Positions 27,255 to 37,662 of a stretch of 64,000 nucleotides of DNA are shown piece after piece. The DNA comes from a virus. How positions within the stretch are numbered: position 1 is the first letter of the stretch; every line of letters starts with the position of its first letter. The DNA is taken from IMG/VR virus record IMGVR_UViG_3300044642_000074, positions 50,809 to 114,808 of that record. One strand, 5' to 3'. The notes beneath the pieces are model-generated. The model was not told the DNA's origin. It was given only the letters and a program-made list of their open reading frames with translations, and made no database searches. The position numbers and the translations under genes were made by a program.

Positions 27255-29192
27255 TTAAAAAAGTGATAGTTGTGTAAATGACTTGGGTTTGACCTTTTCT
27301 ATCTGGGCTATCTGCTTGTATATCTCCTCTAGATAGTACTGTAGGTTGATGTCGTAAGAACTAAAAGGTTTGTCATTGTCTATGAAATTGACTACAGTTT
27401 GTAGCCACTGTCCTGACTCTACTTGGATCTCTCTTCCGTCCTTATGACACTTTACAAGCTTGCCTCCTGTATTAGATACATAGTATCTTACGATCTTCTG
27501 AAGACGTTCTATTGTTAGCTGACCTTCTACTATATTTCTTTCTTCATAGTACCAGCCGGCTTTAGCTTTTACACCTGCACAATAGTCTGTGATATCTTGA
27601 TTCTGAGCCAAGAAGTCTTCAGGCATAATACCGTTTACAAAATAGGCGTAGATAGCTTTGGGGATTATCAGAAAGCTTTTGTTCTTATGAAAGACAGCTA
27701 CTTTCTTTTTATCTAGATCCTCCCATTCAAACGCACCCTTGCATTTTACTTTGTCTTTGGTAGTGATGGCTATGTAGTTATTCACGTCCCTGATAATCAT
27801 CTTCTTGTACTGGTCGTGTTCAAGTGCGAGCTGGGTCATCTGCTCCCATTTGGAACAGATATCCATGTACTTGCCTACGGCAGCAGAAGGAATCATTGTT
27901 TCCAGACCGTCTGTGTTTTGCATTAGCGGTATGGCGTCAGGTATCTCCGTACAGATCATTTCATAAAGCATGCTGAGTAACAGCTGCCCGTTAATAGTAA
28001 TCTGCATAGTCATCCGGGGATCGTACAGAAAAGAGTTTTCATCACCTGTGAGACCGTAGGTTGAGTTCAGGATGATCTTGTAGACGTAGTTCTTGGGATC
28101 CGTTTTAGGAATCTTCTTACGTTCTTCAAAGAACCATTCGTACAATTCTCCAAACTCTTTCTTAGGAAGGTGTTCGGGATGAAACCCATTTTTGATAGCA
28201 AGATTAGGATAGAAGCTAGTAACATCTGAAGTCATTATTGTCCAACCAGGTTCAGCTTCATACAGACCTGCATCAGCTGCACCATGGATACCGCCAAGAC
28301 CATAGTCTGTGCGTATACCACGATATGTAACACTGTGCTTGAAACCTTCCTTAGTAGAAGTGATAACTTTTTTTCTGAAGTAATCCAGTACTTCCTGGAA
28401 CTCTGGCGTTTTAAACTGTACATAGGGAAGTATGCAGTCAGCCAAAATAATGTACGGTCTGGGAGTACGCAGCTGTTTGATATCAGCCTTGGCCCATCCG
28501 ATCTTTTGATGCAGGAAGTGTAGGAATAGTTCTTTAGATATTCTTGGCTCTGAAGCACTGTATAGATCAATACCGTATTCTCTGGTCAGAGTCTGACGCA
28601 GAACGATCTGTTCTTTACTATGCTCTAGAATTTTCTTTGTAGACAGTACGTCGTTAAGACAATACTTGACTATCATTCCTAATTGGTTACTGTCTGTAAC
28701 AGGTTGATAGTGCGGATGTGGCATCTCTTCTACATTCTGCCAATCCATAGAGTACTGTATCCATTTAAGAGAGCTCATCTTAGCACGGTTATCCCAGTGG
28801 TTCATCTTAAAGAGATCAATTTGTCTGATCTTTAGTTTGAATAGGGGATACTCGGCAAACTCTCCTCTGTCAGTACGATTAATAGTCTTCTGAGCATAAT
28901 CATATATGGCTTTGATTAACTCCTCTGTATTTAGTTTGAGAAGTTCTTGTTGATTGTCCAGCATCCATTGAGTTATCTGGGCATCAAAAGCAAGACCGTT
29001 ATATGAGATATGCCATTCTTTATCTTTCTTACACCGGTTCAGAAACTTTACAAACTTTGCAAAGTCATTTCTGTCTTGGTGTATTACAAAGACGTGTCTT
29101 ACGTTATCATCTTTGTAATGCTGGAATACTGCCACGAAACAGTTTATAAGTGTTTCGTAGTCCATTACCCAGTGTGTTTTTTGGTTGGTCAT
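27255..29192 (-). CDS. polB: DNA polymerase family B with 3'-5' exonuclease
   Basis: Exo motifs DYET, YNGLAFD, YCLNDV; polymerase motifs SDVTSFYPN, KIILNSTYG, NTDG. Confidence 0.93.
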   Translation of the reverse strand: MTNQKTHWVMDYETLINCFVAVFQHYKDDNVRHVFVIHQDRNDFAKFVKFLNRCKKDKEWHISYNGLAFDAQITQWMLDNQQELLKLNTEELIKAIYDYAQKTINRTDRGEFAEYPLFKLKIRQIDLFKMNHWDNRAKMSSLKWIQYSMDWQNVEEMPHPHYQPVTDSNQLGMIVKYCLNDVLSTKKILEHSKEQIVLRQTLTREYGIDLYSASEPRISKELFLHFLHQKIGWAKADIKQLRTPRPYIILADCILPYVQFKTPEFQEVLDYFRKKVITSTKEGFKHSVTYRGIRTDYGLGGIHGAADAGLYEAEPGWTIMTSDVTSFYPNLAIKNGFHPEHLPKKEFGELYEWFFEERKKIPKTDPKNYVYKIILNSTYGLTGDENSFLYDPRMTMQITINGQLLLSMLYEMICTEIPDAIPLMQNTDGLETMIPSAAVGKYMDICSKWEQMTQLALEHDQYKKMIIRDVNNYIAITTKDKVKCKGAFEWEDLDKKKVAVFHKNKSFLIIPKAIYAYFVNGIMPEDFLAQNQDITDYCAGVKAKAGWYYEERNIVEGQLTIERLQKIVRYYVSNTGGKLVKCHKDGREIQVESGQWLQTVVNFIDNDKPFSSYDINLQYYLEEIYKQIAQIEKVKPKSFTQLSLF

Positions 29193-29236
29193 GATACGGA
29201 TGTTCAGTTAAGCTGTTCCCCCTTTTTACTGTTGCC

Positions 29237-29262
29237 AAAAAAAGGCAGAGTTAACTGCCTTG
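29237..29262 (-). terminator. Intrinsic terminator
   Basis: Minus strand AAGGCAG-TTAACT-CTGCCTT followed by T-run. Confidence 0.75.
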
Positions 29263-29287
29263 GTTGGTTTTGGTCATAGGGCTGTCC

Positions 29288-29692
29288 TTAAACAGTAATA
29301 AGATTGGACGATGGAGCTTCTGTATAAGCCTGCTCCATGTATTGAGCATAGTCAAACACATCTGCGTTTATTGCAAAAGAGTTAACTATGTCTTTGATAT
29401 CTTCTGGATTTTCTATGTAGTACTCGTAATAACTTTCTAATGTCTTACGCTCTTCAGCATAATCTTTACCATTAGCTCTACGTCCTACTTTCATTGTTTT
29501 AACATCACCATGGTCATCAAGCTTGGCAACCATATGCATACTTTGTTTCTTTTCTTTACCGATCAAAGCAAGTACTTTACTATCACGGTCAAAAATTGCT
29601 TCGTTGTATGGGCAGTCAGCTTCAATAGGGATCATTTTAAATGTCTTATTGTTACCCCAGCTGCCGGTAACGAGCATCATTGATTTATTCAT
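29288..29692 (-). CDS. Hypothetical protein
   Basis: 134 aa, preceded by a TAATTTTG promoter-like element. Confidence 0.65.
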   Translation of the reverse strand: MNKSMMLVTGSWGNNKTFKMIPIEADCPYNEAIFDRDSKVLALIGKEKKQSMHMVAKLDDHGDVKTMKVGRRANGKDYAEERKTLESYYEYYIENPEDIKDIVNSFAINADVFDYAQYMEQAYTEAPSSNLITV

Positions 29693-29717
29693 AGTTCTAC
29701 AGATTAGTTCTACAAAA

Positions 29718-30278
29718 TTAAGTGGTTTTCTGCAAGATCTCCAAATCTTCTACAGGTATTTTTAAAGTTTCTTTTTTTAAGTCACATGGGTCACATAGTT
29801 CCCCGATCTTTTGTAACATGTACAAGTCAACATCTAGTAGCTTGGCATAGACTTCATAGAACCTATCTGGAAACAGGTAAGATTCTATATACTTATACTC
29901 ACTAGATGTATCTCCATAGTAAGTCTTGATAGCCCGTTTTAACACAGGGGACAATTTGGAGTATTTACCCAGCATGAAGTTAAACCAGTCATCCATATAT
30001 GTTTGATAATCAAACAGATACAAATTGTAATCACGGATGTGAAGTACTTGGCTAAATAGTGGATTAGTTATGAGCATCTGCTCTTCAAAAATCTTGTAGC
30101 CTTCACTCTCGTTTTCTTTATACGCACATACTAATTTCATATCCTCCGGCTCTACTATACCGTTAATTGATATATAGGTACCGGCAGGGGAGAAGTTCGC
30201 AGTCTTTTTTACTCCCAGGGCAGGGAATAAAAAAGACCTTGACTTCTGAAAATACTTGGTATACAAGCTATCTATCAT
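29718..30278 (-). CDS. Hypothetical protein (replication module)
   Basis: 186 aa, operon packing. Confidence 0.65.
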   Translation of the reverse strand: MIDSLYTKYFQKSRSFLFPALGVKKTANFSPAGTYISINGIVEPEDMKLVCAYKENESEGYKIFEEQMLITNPLFSQVLHIRDYNLYLFDYQTYMDDWFNFMLGKYSKLSPVLKRAIKTYYGDTSSEYKYIESYLFPDRFYEVYAKLLDVDLYMLQKIGELCDPCDLKKETLKIPVEDLEILQKTT

Positions 30279-30289
30279 TCCGTTCTCTT

Positions 30290-31318
30290 TTAGAGAACTA
30301 CGAGACCTTGAGCAAACTCATAAGGAAGATCGTAGCTCCTGTTTTGATAATGCCATTCTGCTTTCTTTATACATTCTGTGAACCGGTCCAACCAACTGTT
30401 CAGGGTTTTTTCAGATACAGGGAAAGCATAACTTTGGAACGTACGATCAATTACCACAAAGTGGAACTTGACCTGGTATCCATTGTTTAAAAGTTGAGCG
30501 TATACTTGACTTACCATGATCATGTAGACCACAGCTTGAAGCCAGTAAGAATAATACTCTATACTCTCAGGAAAATCCTTGAGATCTTTGGATGTAGTCT
30601 TGATATCATTAACAAAGATTGTTCTATTATCATGATCTATAACCAGGTTGTCTATTATACCTTTAAGTCCATAAGCTTGGTTAGGTAAGTCTATCAGTAT
30701 GTTTTTTTCATTGATAACTTCTTTGTTATCAAAATCAGTTACATTACAACCGATAAGGCTGCATACCTGCTGGTTGGTCTTTATAATTTCTACTGCGTCT
30801 TGGCAGAACTTTAAGGTGTCAGGATCTACAAGAGTCTTGTTACCTTTAGTTTTTAAGAACTCCCAGTAGCTTACTGCTTCTGCAGTGATGATTTTATCAA
30901 GACGCTGCTGGTCAGTCTTCAGGTTCTGGAAGTAGTTCATATCTGCCATAACATCCAGAATAGCTCCGTCAAACTGTGCAAGTTCTGTACGGTCGTCACC
31001 GTTGCGAGAGAGTTCTGCATAGTGACGAAACACACGGTCTATTACTGTTCTTAAGTTGCCACTAGGAATAGTACCAGGGGTCATCATAAACTCCTCAGCA
31101 AACATTTCAGGTTCTAAAAGCAGAAGATGTATAAGCTTACCTTGAACAAGGTGTTGCTCTAGCTTTTCTTCTTTTAGTCCTAGTACATACATCTGATAAA
31201 AGATCTGAGGATTCCAGATCAGTTTATTCAGGCTACTATAAGAGTAATAAAACTTTTTACTGTAAAAGTCTTTTTCTAAGATCCCTACGGATTCTTGCAT
31301 GATAGATTCTAGTTCCAT
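30290..31318 (-). CDS. PD-(D/E)xK exonuclease (RecE/Cas4-like)
   Basis: SYSSL, GKLIH, LKGIIDNL...VNDIKTT, YWLQAVVY. Confidence 0.85.
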   Translation of the reverse strand: MELESIMQESVGILEKDFYSKKFYYSYSSLNKLIWNPQIFYQMYVLGLKEEKLEQHLVQGKLIHLLLLEPEMFAEEFMMTPGTIPSGNLRTVIDRVFRHYAELSRNGDDRTELAQFDGAILDVMADMNYFQNLKTDQQRLDKIITAEAVSYWEFLKTKGNKTLVDPDTLKFCQDAVEIIKTNQQVCSLIGCNVTDFDNKEVINEKNILIDLPNQAYGLKGIIDNLVIDHDNRTIFVNDIKTTSKDLKDFPESIEYYSYWLQAVVYMIMVSQVYAQLLNNGYQVKFHFVVIDRTFQSYAFPVSEKTLNSWLDRFTECIKKAEWHYQNRSYDLPYEFAQGLVVL

Positions 31319-31635
31319 CCTTCTTCGGGTTTTTGTTTTAGTAATTTCATAGCGGCATCACATAGTTGCATGCCGCTGATTTGGTTACCTGCTACTATAC
31401 TGTGTTCATCGGAAAACTCCGGATACTTTTCTACAAAGAGTCTAGCTACTCCTCTCCAGCTGTGTGTGTTTATATCTTCAGGACCGTCACCTACACGCCA
31501 GTTTCGGATGTCGGTTACCATACTTTGAGAAAGATCATTGTTTAGTCCGTTTATAATCTTTTCTTCTGCTTCTTGCATGAACTTATTTAACTGCTGGTAT
31601 TCTTCAGATTGAAACCATTCTTTAAAAGTTGACAT
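31309..31635 (-). CDS. Hypothetical protein
   Basis: 108 aa, operon packing. Confidence 0.6.
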   Translation of the reverse strand: MSTFKEWFQSEEYQQLNKFMQEAEEKIINGLNNDLSQSMVTDIRNWRVGDGPEDINTHSWRGVARLFVEKYPEFSDEHSIVAGNQISGMQLCDAAMKLLKQKPEEGWN

Positions 31636-32062
31636 CTGGTTTAGCGTTTAAGGGTTTCCAGTTATGTTTATCTCTAGCACAATTTTGACAGAGTACAGTA
31701 ATCCATCCGCTAGTATGGCCGATATTATCTTCTGACCCACACTCTTGACAAGTATATGAGCAGATATACTCAGCCATGTTAATCATACCTTCTACAACTT
31801 CATCATGTCCGTCAGTATAGAAGCGTAAGCCTCCAAACTTTTCTTTCATTTGACTGCAGGTAACTTGGGCCGGTCTGTACTCACCATTTTTTGTATAGGA
31901 AATATGATTGTCTATATACCTTTGCATAGAACCACAGAGCTTATCTATTACTGGTAACCAACCGTCTGGTACACCAAACCAGTTTACCATACCAGGGTTC
32001 CCTTCGTACTGCTGAAATATCTTTGGATACTTCTGTATTAGTTGTTCTGTGGTGATGGCCAT
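31622..32062 (-). CDS. Conserved phage protein with KEKFGGLRFY motif and Zn ribbon
   Basis: GWLPVI...QMKEKFGGLRFY...CQECG...GWITVLCQNC. Confidence 0.75.
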   Translation of the reverse strand: MAITTEQLIQKYPKIFQQYEGNPGMVNWFGVPDGWLPVIDKLCGSMQRYIDNHISYTKNGEYRPAQVTCSQMKEKFGGLRFYTDGHDEVVEGMINMAEYICSYTCQECGSEDNIGHTSGWITVLCQNCARDKHNWKPLNAKPDVNF

Positions 32063-32217
32063 ACTCCTAATTCTATTAGTTTTACACGGATACGTTTTTC
32101 AGATTTAGTATCTACGGTATAAGCGTTCTCGTATTGGAGGAACTCTACTAGTTCATCGTATTTACTTTGCAGGTCTGCCACACTACTAGGGCATGCTTTT
32201 ACTTCTACGTTTTGCAT
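32038..32217 (-). CDS. Small hypothetical protein (59 aa, below the ORF-track cutoff)
   Basis: MQNVEVKACPSS...GVWPSPQNN*; ATG overlaps the upstream TAA and fills the gap. Confidence 0.5.
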   Translation of the reverse strand: MQNVEVKACPSSVADLQSKYDELVEFLQYENAYTVDTKSEKRIRVKLIELGVWPSPQNN

Positions 32218-32666
32218 TAGAAACAGTTTTCCATATCCCGGGGATAATAACGGCCCAAGATGTTTCCGTTGTAGTTGTTAAGTCTAAGTACATCTAGCTT
32301 GATCTGCCAGGCTACTTCTGCGTACGTAAGGTATTTTTTAGAGCAGCAGAGTTCTATGATAGTTCTCTTAAACCGCTGCTTACCATACTTCTGAATATCT
32401 GCAAGGAGTACTTTAGAAGATCCATAGTAATCCTTCCAGTCAGACTCTTTTACTGTACGTTCGTACGTCTTACGGGTCTTTGTAACTTTTTTTACTTTCT
32501 GTGAAATCTTCTTCTTACGTGTATTACGCAGGATCTTTTTGCCTATATAGCTTTTGAATGTTACAGTATCCTGTATCATGTATACAAACCCTTGGACCTT
32601 TTCATAATCCGGCAGGTCTTCTATATTGTTTATAGGCTTGTCTTTATAGAACCAAGGTTCTTGCAT
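32217..32666 (-). CDS. GIY-YIG nuclease, T4 endonuclease II-like
   Basis: GFVYMI...SYIGKK...ESDWKDYYGSS...YNGNI. Confidence 0.8.
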   Translation of the reverse strand: MQEPWFYKDKPINNIEDLPDYEKVQGFVYMIQDTVTFKSYIGKKILRNTRKKKISQKVKKVTKTRKTYERTVKESDWKDYYGSSKVLLADIQKYGKQRFKRTIIELCCSKKYLTYAEVAWQIKLDVLRLNNYNGNILGRYYPRDMENCF

Positions 32667-32708
32667 AGGGTTGGATATTAAGTTCTACAAATATACTGTA
32701 GAATATAA

Positions 32709-33680
32709 TTAGTTCTCCAACTTTCTGTTTAGTATTGGTACTATTCTTAAGAACACTTCTTTGGGTCCAAAGTCCTTAATAGAATCAGAAGGATCTTTAC
32801 TCATAGGTAAGACTGTTGTCACCAGTTCAGGATAGAGTTCTTTATATCTTTCCATGGCTTTGATACCGGCATCATCATAGTCAAACATGACGATGATCTT
32901 TTTATAGTTTTTCAGATACTCGGTCATCGTTTCCTTCTTGATTAGAGAGTTCTCAGAGTCTGGAGCTATTACGTCCAGTTTAAGTTTAAGGCTTTTTAAA
33001 GACATGATGTCTTTTAGAGAGCTTGTGATTAACAGGAAATCATTGTTCTTTACTTGCTCAGAGCCTTGTACGTAGTCAGTTACTTTGATGAATTTCTTGT
33101 CCAGGGTTTTGGGCTGGTAGATTTTATACAAGGTACCGTCAGCTTTAAAGTATCCATACATGTAGTTACCTGTAATACGCAGTTCTTTATCATCTTTTAC
33201 CATTAGGTAAGACTCTAGGGGTACTACGTTATGTTCAGTCAAGAGTCGCGTACCAATATTATACTGGGTCCAGTAGTACTGGTCCTGTGTACTCCACTGA
33301 CGTTTCTTAAAGCTGACTACTTTGTACTTAGATGCCTGTTTAAATTCCTGCACATCATAACCACCGTTATTGTGTAGTACAAAGTCATTGTACTTTTCTA
33401 CCACTTGCTGGCAAGCTTTATGATATGGCAGTTCTGTAAGTTCTTTAACCAGATCTATGGCTGAACCACCTTTACCAGAAGAAAAATCTTTATACCGGTA
33501 CATCTTTTTGTTTGCATCAAAATAGATACACATGCTAGGAGTACGTTCCTTGGAATTAAAAAGACTTTTGATTTTTACATCATGTCCGTTTAGTTTCTCT
33601 TTTAGTTTGCAGTAGTGCTCAAATATCCAGGGTGTTGGTACATCTTTCATGTCATGTACCAGGTTCTTTGTTTTAAACAT
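32709..33680 (-). CDS. DNA primase (TOPRIM)
   Basis: ERTPS...YKDFSSGKGG, ITSSLKD, FDYDDAG, KDPSD. Confidence 0.85.
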   Translation of the reverse strand: MFKTKNLVHDMKDVPTPWIFEHYCKLKEKLNGHDVKIKSLFNSKERTPSMCIYFDANKKMYRYKDFSSGKGGSAIDLVKELTELPYHKACQQVVEKYNDFVLHNNGGYDVQEFKQASKYKVVSFKKRQWSTQDQYYWTQYNIGTRLLTEHNVVPLESYLMVKDDKELRITGNYMYGYFKADGTLYKIYQPKTLDKKFIKVTDYVQGSEQVKNNDFLLITSSLKDIMSLKSLKLKLDVIAPDSENSLIKKETMTEYLKNYKKIIVMFDYDDAGIKAMERYKELYPELVTTVLPMSKDPSDSIKDFGPKEVFLRIVPILNRKLEN

Positions 33681-33701
33681 AAACCATCCATTTTAAAGGA
33701 G

Positions 33702-33734
33702 AAAAAAAATGAGGGGAGTGTAGAAACACCCCCC
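33702..33734 (-). terminator. Intrinsic terminator
   Basis: Minus strand GGGGGGTG-TTTCTA-CACTCCCC followed by T-run. Confidence 0.7.
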
Positions 33735-33760
33735 GTTGAATGGATAGAGAAATAAGATGA

Positions 33761-34372
33761 TTACATCTCAAAATCATCAGTAGCCGGCTCAAAGCTGCTC
33801 ACTGGTCTAGTGATCAAAGCTTTATAGTGGTACTTATTGTTTTTATCAAACTTGTCTAGTTTGTCTTCTTCTGCAGACACAAACTTGTACTTAGGAAGAG
33901 ACAGCTTGATAATGGTTTTACCGTTGTACTCTTCTTCGGTGCCCTTAAGGAACCAGTACAGTTTCTTTCCTTTTACTAGATTTAGAGCCTGTGTAGCCCA
34001 GTCTTCAATAGAAGAAGCCTGGATACGGTTTAGTTCATCACGAAGACCCAACTCTGTGGCAATCATGGTAAGTTTGTACATGATCTCATTGCGAGATACG
34101 TTTCCGTTGTTGAACTCATCTGTCCAGATGGTTGCACTAACACGACCAGTTTGACCCTTGTACTTAGGTCCATCTGGATTGTCTTTGTCTATAGACCAGC
34201 CCTCAAAGTTCTCTAACTCAGGTCCTTCAAGATAAAGCTCTAGGCTTTTCTTGTCACCCTTGTTTGAGGTTCTTAACTGGCCACTGTTGATGTGGGCATA
34301 AACTACCCCTGGTTGTAACGACTTTGCTAAGCCGCCTCCTGTCTTGACTTCTTGTCCTTGTGTACTGAACAT
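33761..34372 (-). CDS. Putative single-stranded DNA-binding protein
   Basis: Between AAA ATPase and primase; beta-rich; acidic/aromatic tail DDFEM. Confidence 0.5.
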   Translation of the reverse strand: MFSTQGQEVKTGGGLAKSLQPGVVYAHINSGQLRTSNKGDKKSLELYLEGPELENFEGWSIDKDNPDGPKYKGQTGRVSATIWTDEFNNGNVSRNEIMYKLTMIATELGLRDELNRIQASSIEDWATQALNLVKGKKLYWFLKGTEEEYNGKTIIKLSLPKYKFVSAEEDKLDKFDKNNKYHYKALITRPVSSFEPATDDFEM

Positions 34373-34407
34373 ACTGTCTGTTTTGTATTTGTTAGAAAAA
34401 ATAGATA

Positions 34408-35091
34408 CTAGTTTTCATAGGCCTGCATTGCATCTTTGACGTATGCCAGGTTATTAGGTATTTCAAAATCAGGGAACATTCCCTTGGGACTCTTGCAGGT
34501 ATTGTCACCGGTAGTCTGAGTCTCAAACACATACCGGATAGTACCATCTTTATCTTTCTTTACTTTACCGAAAAGAACCATAGAAAACAGACCTTCAAAG
34601 GTCAGCTTCTCATCTACCATACGACCGATAGTCTTGGCTTTAAACTTACGTTTGCCTTCCATGTCGGTAGATTCTTCTGCGTGAGTTAAGAAAAAGATAG
34701 TCAGGTCATCTCTGAGATCTTTAGGCATTCGTGCAATACGAGCTAGGTGTCCACCAATCTGGGTGAACTTTTCGTAACCTTTCTCATCTACACGGTCAAA
34801 GAACTCAAAGGAACTCATATACTGAAAGTCATCTATAACTATAGTCTTGATCTCTTGACGCTTAGTATTTACATAGCCAAGACATGCTTCTATTTGCTGT
34901 GCAGTAGAACCTGAATAAAGGTTACCACTAGGGTTGTCTTTACTCCAGAGCACATACTTCTTTTTCCAGCCTTTGAAAGGCAAGGGTTTGTTAGCTACGT
35001 TAATAATAAATGTCTCTTTAGGATCTAGTGATTCTATAGAGGTAGACTTGCCAGCACCGCTTTCCGCGATAACTAAGATTCCATTTGCCAT
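34408..35091 (-). CDS. AAA_24/Sak4-like P-loop ATPase
   Basis: AESGAGKST, KPLPFKG, IVIDDFQY, KSPKGMF. Confidence 0.85.
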   Translation of the reverse strand: MANGILVIAESGAGKSTSIESLDPKETFIINVANKPLPFKGWKKKYVLWSKDNPSGNLYSGSTAQQIEACLGYVNTKRQEIKTIVIDDFQYMSSFEFFDRVDEKGYEKFTQIGGHLARIARMPKDLRDDLTIFFLTHAEESTDMEGKRKFKAKTIGRMVDEKLTFEGLFSMVLFGKVKKDKDGTIRYVFETQTTGDNTCKSPKGMFPDFEIPNNLAYVKDAMQAYEN

Positions 35092-35092
35092 A

Positions 35093-35710
35093 TTACTTCT
35101 GTGATTTTATTAGTTCGTTAAGCCAAGACTTAGAGCTTACAGGTTTTCCTGTATGGATAGCATAGAAATCCCTTATAGTCATTTCTTGATAAAGGGCATC
35201 TTCCATTGGTCCAGGAGCTTTGTAAGCAACAGAAGGTTTAGGAGCAGCTACCGTTTTTGTTGGGACATCTTCTAGTATGGCAGATGTACCGCTGATAGCA
35301 ATACTGCTGGCGTTAACTATTCTAAGTTCTTCTAGAGGAACTAGATAAGAACCTCTTTCGTTAAGCTCATACTCTTCCTCAAAGTTTGGATTGTATGGAA
35401 TCTTGTAAACTGTTCGGCTTGAATCTAGTGGTTCAAACTCATTTGTAATTAGTTCAAAATAGAAACCTTTTTCTTTCTTGAACTCTGATGAAAAGATACC
35501 TACTACGTTACGAGCTTGCTTGTCGTAGAAAGGCATCTTCATGTTAAAGTCCAAACGGCTGATACCAAGATTTTCTATAAGCCTATAATGATGCTCACGA
35601 AAATCTTCTAGGATTTCTGCCTTGTACTTTTTTTGTTCATCTTGACTTAAGGCTTTGTACTCCTGGTACGTCAGCCTCTTACGTGTTGGTGGGTGTGCTG
35701 TTGTAAACAT
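35093..35710 (-). CDS. Hypothetical protein
   Basis: 205 aa; C-terminal MTIRDFYAI...PVSSKSWLNELI. Confidence 0.65.
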   Translation of the reverse strand: MFTTAHPPTRKRLTYQEYKALSQDEQKKYKAEILEDFREHHYRLIENLGISRLDFNMKMPFYDKQARNVVGIFSSEFKKEKGFYFELITNEFEPLDSSRTVYKIPYNPNFEEEYELNERGSYLVPLEELRIVNASSIAISGTSAILEDVPTKTVAAPKPSVAYKAPGPMEDALYQEMTIRDFYAIHTGKPVSSKSWLNELIKSQK

Positions 35711-35721
35711 GATATTGTGTT

Positions 35722-36777
35722 TTAGATCTCTTCTCCAATAGGAGCTGATATGTTTCTTTGATTACCGTTACCGGCTCTTTCTGTAAACCTTACAAAACCA
35801 TTTGGTCTTGCAGCAGTAGGTTCTGGTACTTCTGCCATGCGTTGCTGCTTACCAAACATCTTTAGAAATATGATGCTTTTCTTTTCATCACCGTTTCTTA
35901 CTTTGAGCAGGTGTAGGAAAACATCATCTTCTTTAGCTTCGTAAGCATACGGACCATAGCTTTTTATATCAGATTTCCAGGGTCTTGACAGAACTACTAC
36001 CATGTCTGAACCCTGCATCAAAGCGTCACCGCCAAAGATGTCAGAGCTTGTTGGGTAGTTTGCAATAGAACCGGATACCTTACGAGCAGCTTCATCTATA
36101 CTTCTGTTTAGCTGGGTGATCATCAGAACAATGATTGGTATTTTGTTCTTAAGCTTCATCAGCATTTCAGTAGTATTGTAGAGTACATCAAATTTGTCTT
36201 TGTCAGCACCACTTTTTTTGATAAGCCAGCTATGGTCTATCGTAACAATAAGTGGTTTGCTGCCTCCTTCTAGATATACTTCCTTGATGACTTCTTCCAT
36301 TTCAGCAGAAGTGATTGATTCGGATATAAGGTCTCGTTTGATACCTTGTTTTTCCATATACTCACACTCTGCTAGGTACTGCTTCATTTTTTCTATAATA
36401 AATTCATCCAGCTGTCTGTCAGTGCTTAGAACAACACCATAGTCCTGTGCTACTTCACCTGCAAACTGACGGGCTGCGTACTGTTCATCACCCATCTCAA
36501 ACTGAAACTCCAGTATGTTAAACTGCTGATCAGGATTAAGACGGTGGGCTTCACGGAGTATCTGTGATACAAGCATTGTCTTACCGGCACCAGGTCTGGC
36601 ACCGATAGTAAGCATAGATCCCCATTCGAGTCCTGCTATACCGGCTGAGTTAAACCCAGGCCATGGTGTTCGCAGACTCTTGATGTCTCCGTTACGTCTT
36701 TTTTCTATATACTTAAGTCCTTTTCTTAAAACGGATACGTAGCTTTTACGTCCAAACTTTTTTTGTTCAGTACTCAT
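35722..36777 (-). CDS. dnaB: DnaB-like replicative helicase
   Basis: GARPGAGKT, FQFEM, TIDH, TQLNR, SDIFGGD, LLKVRNG. Confidence 0.9.
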   Translation of the reverse strand: MSTEQKKFGRKSYVSVLRKGLKYIEKRRNGDIKSLRTPWPGFNSAGIAGLEWGSMLTIGARPGAGKTMLVSQILREAHRLNPDQQFNILEFQFEMGDEQYAARQFAGEVAQDYGVVLSTDRQLDEFIIEKMKQYLAECEYMEKQGIKRDLISESITSAEMEEVIKEVYLEGGSKPLIVTIDHSWLIKKSGADKDKFDVLYNTTEMLMKLKNKIPIIVLMITQLNRSIDEAARKVSGSIANYPTSSDIFGGDALMQGSDMVVVLSRPWKSDIKSYGPYAYEAKEDDVFLHLLKVRNGDEKKSIIFLKMFGKQQRMAEVPEPTAARPNGFVRFTERAGNGNQRNISAPIGEEI

Positions 36778-36788
36778 CTATAAATGAT

Positions 36789-37016
36789 CTAATATTGGCT
36801 GAATGTTTCACTAACCATAGACTCTAGTTCGTTTAACCCATCGTTTTTGCCATTGTAGTAAGCTTGAGTCATCATCTTATCTACGAGCGTTTCAAGAAGA
36901 CCGAAGTTTATAAGCTTAACTTCTTCTTTAATATCTCCATAAAGTTTAGCTGAGGGCAGCTGATCAAAAATCTTTCTAAGTTCTTGCTGATGTGGGGTTG
37001 TGTTTTCTGTGGACAT
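36789..37016 (-). CDS. Hypothetical protein
   Basis: 75 aa, operon packing. Confidence 0.55.
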   Translation of the reverse strand: MSTENTTPHQQELRKIFDQLPSAKLYGDIKEEVKLINFGLLETLVDKMMTQAYYNGKNDGLNELESMVSETFSQY

Positions 37017-37083
37017 GTTCTTTTTTAGGGGATGTAAATTTAGATAACTTGTTGTAGAACTCCAAAAATAATCTGTAGAAGTT

Positions 37084-37662
37084 TTAGGTTTCTGAAAGAA
37101 TTTCTGGGTTGTCTACAATCATCTGGCAATAGTCAGCCAGGAGGGATCTGCTAGTCTTAGTAGAGGTATCTGTACGCTGGATAAAGTAGCTGCTGGTAGT
37201 AATATACTCCAGGTTTTCTCTACCCTTGGTGTAGATATAATAGTCTGTGGCATCTAGTACAAGTGCCCAGTCAAATTCAGGGTAGGTTTTGAAGAACCAG
37301 ATAAACTTTTGTTTAAGTTCCTGGACCGTCTGTCTTAAGAGGCCTACCCGGGGAACTCTTTTAGCAGGGAACATTTCACGATAAGTGTTGATGCATTGTA
37401 AAGCATTCATACCCAATACTTCAGAGGCTACCTTCTTCTTAGTTTTGACCAGAAGAGTCTCAAATTCATCTAGTACAAACAGGGCTCCTGAGGTCAGGTT
37501 ACCGTTTGCATCTAGGTGTCCTCTGTTCTGTGCTACCAGTCTTTCTGCGTCTTCATTGATAATACCGGTGGGTTTGATTTTGTTCCGGCAGCAATCAAGG
37601 AAGTACAGCTGGTTCGGGCTCACATTGTACTTGATCAGTGTCGTCCAAAGTTGATGACTCAT
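37084..37662 (-). CDS. Hypothetical replication-associated protein (possible initiator/loader)
   Basis: 192 aa upstream of DnaB; YREMFP...ATDYY...YFI pattern. Confidence 0.45.
   Translation of the reverse strand: MSHQLWTTLIKYNVSPNQLYFLDCCRNKIKPTGIINEDAERLVAQNRGHLDANGNLTSGALFVLDEFETLLVKTKKKVASEVLGMNALQCINTYREMFPAKRVPRVGLLRQTVQELKQKFIWFFKTYPEFDWALVLDATDYYIYTKGRENLEYITTSSYFIQRTDTSTKTSRSLLADYCQMIVDNPEILSET

Noticed and set aside
27255-29192. Intein or intron in PolB, primase or helicase
   Set aside because: Lengths and motif spacing are compact; no splicing motifs or frame breaks
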